A program made the position numbers and the translations under genes. 51,545 bases of DNA from an uncultured Alphaproteobacteria bacterium (GTDB lineage Bacteria > Pseudomonadota > Alphaproteobacteria > Micavibrionales > SZUA-601): NCBI GenBank assembly GCA_965651535.1, contig CBFGSX010000001.1, positions 1-51,545 on the forward strand. The letters are read 5' to 3'. Position 1 is the first letter of the stretch. Each line of letters opens with the position of its first letter. Below the pieces are notes generated by a model. The model ran no database searches. It was not told where the DNA came from and was given only the letters and a program-made list of their open reading frames with translations. This document shows, piece after piece, positions 47,789 through 51,545 of the stretch.

Positions 47789-49251
47789 GCGATGTTTTCC
47801 GTCTTGATCAGGTGCGGCGGCACGCCGACCTGCCGCGCCAGATAAGAAAGCATGGCCGGCACGTCGATGCTGTCGAGCGCCTTGTCGCCGTATTGCTGTG
47901 CCGTTTGCAGCCAGCCAAGCGTCGCGGAGACGTCGCGCTGGGATTGCGCGCGCGCCAGCGGCGAACGGTATTCCAGCGTCAGCAAACGCCCGTCCACGGG
48001 AATATCGGCAATCTCGCCGCGCGTGCGCAAAATCGACAAGGCGCGCATCGCCAGCGGCGTGAGCAATTCCGATTGCAGGCGGCCATAGGTCGCGCCCAAG
48101 GATTGCGCGATGTCGTTTTGGCGCTCGAGAATTTCGGTCGCGGTCATTTTCTTGTTATTGATCCGTAATTGGTCGCCCAAAAGCGCGTGGGAAATTTTCT
48201 GGCGCAAATCGCCCAAGACAAGCTGCGAGATATTGAAATCGCCCGGCATCTTGAGGGGGGTCAACCCGGCAGAGCCGACGGCTTTGGGAATGATCGCGCC
48301 GGGGACGAGTTTGATGTTGGCGGGATTGAGAACGCCGTCATCATCGGCCAGCCAGATTCCCGTCACCGAGATCGAGGCGTTTTTCAAAATCAGCTCGACG
48401 ACTTTGTTGGCGGTCTTGATGTCGGGCAGCGCCTTCATCACCGGCGAGCGGCCATAGACGTCGCCGGCGGCTTTCTGCCAGCGAAAGGCGATAAAAGGCG
48501 AGGCGGCGACGCGCATTTGCTCGAGCAGCAACGGATCGGAGTCTTCGGGGTTGAGGATAAAGGACAGGATCGCCCCGCCTTGCGGGTGCGGCACGGCGGC
48601 ATAGAGAATCGAATGCCGCGCATCGGCGGGCGCGTCGGCGTCGATTTTCTCCGCCGCTTGCGGAAAACGCGCCAGCACTTCTTCGGTGCCGAGCGTCAGG
48701 CGGCTGAAGGCGGCATCCAGGCTCCCGCGCGCGCTGTCAAGGAAATGCACCGCGTGAAGCGGCAGGGCCGAGAAATGAAAGGCCGAGGACTCGCCCGGAT
48801 CAGCCTCGTCGAAACGCAGACACGCCGTGCCGAAGATGACGAGGTCGAGAAAGGCCTGGTGCATTTCGACGGCGAAATTGCTGCGGTCGAAATGGCCTTG
48901 CAGGACGGCGTTCATCTCGCGCAGGGCGGGGCCGAGGGCTTGAACGTCCTCGGGGCCTGCGCTCGGGCCTGGACCGACGGCGATCCAGCTTGAGAAAGGC
49001 GGCGTGAGTTGCGCCAGCAGGGACGACGCCAACTGGTCGATGGCGTCGGCGGCGGTACCGTCGAAGAGTTTTGCGTTCTTCGTCTGAACGCTGCCCTGCG
49101 CGTTGCGGCGATAGGGCAAGGTGTAATCGGCGCATTCCTGCCACAGGCTCTCGAGCGGCTGGCGCAAAGTCTGCGCCACGCGCCAGCGCGCGAGCAGGTC
49201 GGCGGTCGGCGGGCCTTTGGACAAGGGCCGCGTCAGGGCGTGAACGGTCAT
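47785..49251 (-). CDS. portal (head-to-tail connector) protein
   Basis: 488 aa. First large gene of the module. Pattern W.ECADYTLPYR...FDGTAADAIDQLASSL...RSPVMKALPDIKTANKV resembles T7 gp8-type connectors. Confidence 0.8.
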   Translation of the reverse strand: MTVHALTRPLSKGPPTADLLARWRVAQTLRQPLESLWQECADYTLPYRRNAQGSVQTKNAKLFDGTAADAIDQLASSLLAQLTPPFSSWIAVGPGPSAGPEDVQALGPALREMNAVLQGHFDRSNFAVEMHQAFLDLVIFGTACLRFDEADPGESSAFHFSALPLHAVHFLDSARGSLDAAFSRLTLGTEEVLARFPQAAEKIDADAPADARHSILYAAVPHPQGGAILSFILNPEDSDPLLLEQMRVAASPFIAFRWQKAAGDVYGRSPVMKALPDIKTANKVVELILKNASISVTGIWLADDDGVLNPANIKLVPGAIIPKAVGSAGLTPLKMPGDFNISQLVLGDLRQKISHALLGDQLRINNKKMTATEILERQNDIAQSLGATYGRLQSELLTPLAMRALSILRTRGEIADIPVDGRLLTLEYRSPLARAQSQRDVSATLGWLQTAQQYGDKALDSIDVPAMLSYLARQVGVPPHLIKTENIA

Positions 49252-49255
49252 AAGC

Positions 49256-49486
49256 TTATTCTCCGAGCAGGGTTTTGCGGGACGGCGACGACGTGTCCGA
49301 CAACACGCCGCTGATCGAGGTTAAAATCGTCCCGAGGCGGCCGCGGCGGCGCGACAGGATGTTTTTGACGCGCATTTCATCGGCGGTCGGTTCCGGTGTC
49401 GTTTCCGCTTCGATGACGGGCGTTTCGACTGCGACAGGCACTTCGACGATTTTCGGCGCCTTGGGAGGCGAGATGATTTTAGCCAT
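49256..49486 (-). CDS. hypothetical phage protein (76 aa)
   Basis: Pro/Glu/Thr-rich N-terminus and basic C-terminus. Overlaps the upstream gene by 8 nt. Confidence 0.4.
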   Translation of the reverse strand: MAKIISPPKAPKIVEVPVAVETPVIEAETTPEPTADEMRVKNILSRRRGRLGTILTSISGVLSDTSSPSRKTLLGE

Positions 49487-49886
49487 AGACCATTTCCTTT
49501 TTAAGGTAAGAGTAAAGTTGCCACGGCGTCAGAATTTGCCGCGCATGGATGCCCAAGAATCGTTTGATGACCTCGACGCAGGAAAACCAGTTCGCCGGTG
49601 CCGCCTTGTTGTGGCCGCGGCGGATCGGCGCTTTGACGACGGTCAGGCCTTGTCCTTCGAGCCAGCGCGGCAGGTCGAAACCGCGCGGCATGGGCAGCAC
49701 CGCCAGTTCCAGATGCGGGCTAAGCGGGTCGAGCACGATCCAGCTTTTCGCGTCGCGCGCCACGACAAAGCAATGGCGAAAGCCCGGCTTGAGCATTTTC
49801 AGCCACCACAATTCGGCCTCGCCTGAAAAACACACCCAGGCCTCATGGGGTTCGTGCTTGTCGTCATGGCGGGCTTGACCCGCCAT
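49479..49886 (-). CDS. hypothetical phage protein (up to 135 aa; start uncertain)
   Basis: ATG 49886 lies inside a REP hairpin. GTG 49835 (after GAGG) or ATG 49796 are alternatives. Contains RHCF and FSCVEVIKRFLGI (His/Cys spacing reminiscent of permuted papain-like folds; speculative). Confidence 0.4.
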   Translation of the reverse strand: MAGQARHDDKHEPHEAWVCFSGEAELWWLKMLKPGFRHCFVVARDAKSWIVLDPLSPHLELAVLPMPRGFDLPRWLEGQGLTVVKAPIRRGHNKAAPANWFSCVEVIKRFLGIHARQILTPWQLYSYLKKEMVYG

Positions 49887-49931
49887 CCTTGCGCGGAGAT
49901 CTCTCGAGGATCCCGCGTCAAGCGCGGGATT
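49863..49931. repeat. REP doublet inside the phage-like cluster
   Basis: ATGGCGGG-cttga-CCCGCCAT and GGATCCCGCG-tcaa-GCGCGGGATT. Confidence 0.7.
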
Positions 49932-49948
49932 ACGGCTAAATTTGTTTC

Positions 49949-50275
49949 TCACAGCACAATTCCTTTCCGTTGAAGCGGCGGGGTCAGGCGTTGCATGGCC
50001 TGCGTCCATAAAATCGTATCGCGTTGTTTTTTTCCCGAGGGTCTGAGCTGGATGCGGCCGTAATGCGCCAGCGTCTTCAGGTGCGGCAGGCGCAGCAATT
50101 TCTGATCGGCCAGACGCAGCACGACTTTCTGGATGTCGACCGCCTCGCAGGGGCGGGGCGTCTCGGTCATGCCCGCTTGCTGGCGCGCGCCGCCATAGCG
50201 GGCTTCGGTGGTGGAAACGCACCAGAACCAGGCCTCTTCGGCATCGGGGAAGGGGTGGAGGGAATAATCGCGCAT
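49949..50275 (-). CDS. hypothetical protein, first gene of the late operon (108 aa)
   Basis: ATG 50275 immediately follows the divergent control region. No domain recognised. A regulator is plausible from position only. Confidence 0.4.
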   Translation of the reverse strand: MRDYSLHPFPDAEEAWFWCVSTTEARYGGARQQAGMTETPRPCEAVDIQKVVLRLADQKLLRLPHLKTLAHYGRIQLRPSGKKQRDTILWTQAMQRLTPPLQRKGIVL

Positions 50276-50286
50276 TTTTAGACTTG

Positions 50287-50383
50287 AATTCCTTTGATAG
50301 GCGGTATAAGGTGAGTATAATCCTTCTTACTATGATTTTATTCCTAGGTCAAGGGGTAAAATGAATATATTCCTATTTTAGGG
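50287..50383. promoter_or_regulatory. three operator-like ATTCCT-N5/6-AGG sites in the divergent control region
   Basis: AATTCCTTTGATAGG (50287-50301), TATTCCTAGGTCAAGG (50339-50354), TATTCCTATTTTAGGG (50369-50384, containing the dyad CCTA-ttt-TAGG). Confidence 0.4.
50294..50321 (+). promoter_or_regulatory. candidate sigma70-type promoter of the repressor gene
   Basis: TTGATA (50294-50299), 16-nt spacer, TATAAT (50316-50321). Overlaps operator-like site 1. Confidence 0.45.
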
Positions 50384-50407
50384 CTTCACATACGGGGAGA
50401 GGCATAA

Positions 50408-51064
50408 ATGGCGCTGAAACATCAGGATATCTGGCGGGCAATCGACCTTTTGGCCGAAAGCCACGGCATGTCGGCTTCGGGGCTGGCGCGCGCCGCCGGG
50501 CTTGATCCGACCTCATTCAATCCCAGCAAGCGTATTACCAATGACGGGCGGGCGCGGTGGCCGTCCACCGAAACGTTGGCCAAAATTTTTCAGGTGACGG
50601 GTGAGACTTTTGACAAATTGCCCGATTTGATCCGCGGCGAGATTCATGACGGCCCGCGCATGAAAAAAGGCATGTTGCAAAAAATTCCGCTGATCGGCTG
50701 CGCGCAGGCGGGGCAAGAGGGGTATTTCGACGATGCCGGTTTTCCGGTCGGCTCGGGCTGGGAGATGATCGAGTTTCCGAAAATGGGCGACCCGAGCATC
50801 TACGCGCTCGAAGTGTCGGGTGAAAGCATGGAGCCGCTCTATCGCGACGGCGATATTCTGATTGTCTCGCCTTCGGCAGAGAGTCTGCGCAAGGGCGACC
50901 GCGTCGTCGTGAAAACGGCCAAAGGCGAGGTCATGGCCAAGCAACTCAGCCGCCTGACCCAGTCGCAAGTGACGCTCAAATCGCTCAACGAAGCGTTCGA
51001 CGACATCGTCCTGCCGCGCGATGCGGTGCAATGGCTCGCGCGCATCTTGTGGGTCAGCCAATAA
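50408..51064 (+). CDS. CI/LexA-like repressor (HTH plus S24 self-cleaving peptidase, COG2932 type)
   Basis: N-terminal HTH (MSASGLARAAGLDPTSFNPSKR). S24 Ser motif SGESMEP and Lys in GEVMAKQL. GGGGAGAGG RBS. Confidence 0.88.
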   Translation: MALKHQDIWRAIDLLAESHGMSASGLARAAGLDPTSFNPSKRITNDGRARWPSTETLAKIFQVTGETFDKLPDLIRGEIHDGPRMKKGMLQKIPLIGCAQAGQEGYFDDAGFPVGSGWEMIEFPKMGDPSIYALEVSGESMEPLYRDGDILIVSPSAESLRKGDRVVVKTAKGEVMAKQLSRLTQSQVTLKSLNEAFDDIVLPRDAVQWLARILWVSQ

Positions 51065-51094
51065 TGTGATATAATCCATTCTGGCTACCGCGCC

Positions 51095-51121
51095 CCCCGT
51101 CATTCGTGACGGGGTTTTTTT
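51095..51121 (+). terminator. rho-independent terminator of the repressor gene
   Basis: CCCCGTCA-ttcg-TGACGGGG followed by TTTTTTT. Confidence 0.75.
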
Positions 51122-51256
51122 ATGGGGATAAAAATTATCCGTCATCCCGGCGAAGGCCGGGATCCACTTATCAACACGACAAGCGCTTGTTTATCGGCAC
51201 AATGGACCCCGGCTTTCGCCGGGGAAGCGGTGTGTTGTAAAACCGAAGGAAAACCA

Positions 51257-51545
51257 ATGAAACTTGATGATCTATACAAATCATATGACGGCGCGATCCC
51301 GCTTGCCGCACGGCGCGCCGCGCAATTCGGCAGCGCGGAAAACTATGCGCGCGCCTTTGCCCGCATGGCTGCAAAAAACTTTCAAAGACGCTGCCTCGAG
51401 ACGGTGCGCGCCCTGTCCGCGTGGCGCGTCGCCTTTTGCTATGACGACGTGATTCGCGTCGCCATGCTGGAAAAATTAGGAAAGATTTTACTTCAGTCCC
51501 GGTCTTCGGCGCTCGAGGCGCTCGATTTATCCAAGGTCGCGGTGA
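51257..51545 (+). CDS. hypothetical protein, 5' partial (runs off the window)
   Basis: ATG 51257 follows AAGGAAAA. Open to the end of the window (96 codons). Absent from the ORF track because no stop is reached. No domain recognised. Confidence 0.4.
   Translation, partial: MKLDDLYKSYDGAIPLAARRAAQFGSAENYARAFARMAAKNFQRRCLETVRALSAWRVAFCYDDVIRVAMLEKLGKILLQSRSSALEALDLSKVAV

Noticed and set aside
36853-51545. Integrase, excisionase, att direct repeats or a tRNA integration target for the phage-like cluster.
   Set aside because: None recognised within the window on either side. Absence cannot be extended beyond 51545, so this is a caveat rather than proof of a non-integrative origin.

Overview
51.5-kb chromosomal segment of about 60% GC. 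It looks alphaproteobacterial: lipoprotein-leuS-lptE synteny, mreB/mreCD-mrdA, and a COG2932-type HTH-S24 repressor. Housekeeping genes recognised from their translations: dnaK, dnaJ, uvrC, queA, a single-chain glyQS-type GlyRS, a gabD-like aldehyde dehydrogenase, mrdA, mreD, mreC, mreB, leuS, lptE, lepA, rplT, rpmI and gyrA. Accessory content: a soluble 2xPAS chemoreceptor, a low-GC Fic island, two small GIY-YIG genes, a lipoprotein carrying a T4-lysozyme-type catalytic motif, and several orphan ORFs. The right third (about 36.85-51.06 kb) is the most interesting part. It is a 13.4-kb, single-strand block of 16 ORFs that follows the phage T7 late-gene order: portal, scaffold, capsid, tail tubular A/B, fibre, terminase, lysis. 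It has no visible early, replication or integration genes, lacks the large internal-core (ejectosome) genes, and is controlled by a divergent CI/LexA-like S24 repressor. The same repeat families that fill host intergenic regions are inserted between its intact genes. I read it as a candidate domesticated, GTA-like particle-producing element, or alternatively a late-module-only prophage remnant. The window ends 0.5 kb past the repressor, so the right boundary is not proven. The window is extremely repeat-rich, with at least five families: a 166-184-bp MITE with about 33-bp TIRs (4 copies), two REP/REPIN hairpin families, a 100-130-bp composite CCCTCTCCC/GGGAGAGGG element (6 copies), and 9-nt-periodic CACGAAG-type arms. 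These repeats and small ORFs split operons that are normally contiguous (dnaK|dnaJ, mreB|mreCD, leuS|lptE). No rRNA, tRNA, CRISPR array, integrase or transposase gene was seen. All calls come from reading the sequence and ORF translations by eye; no searches were run.
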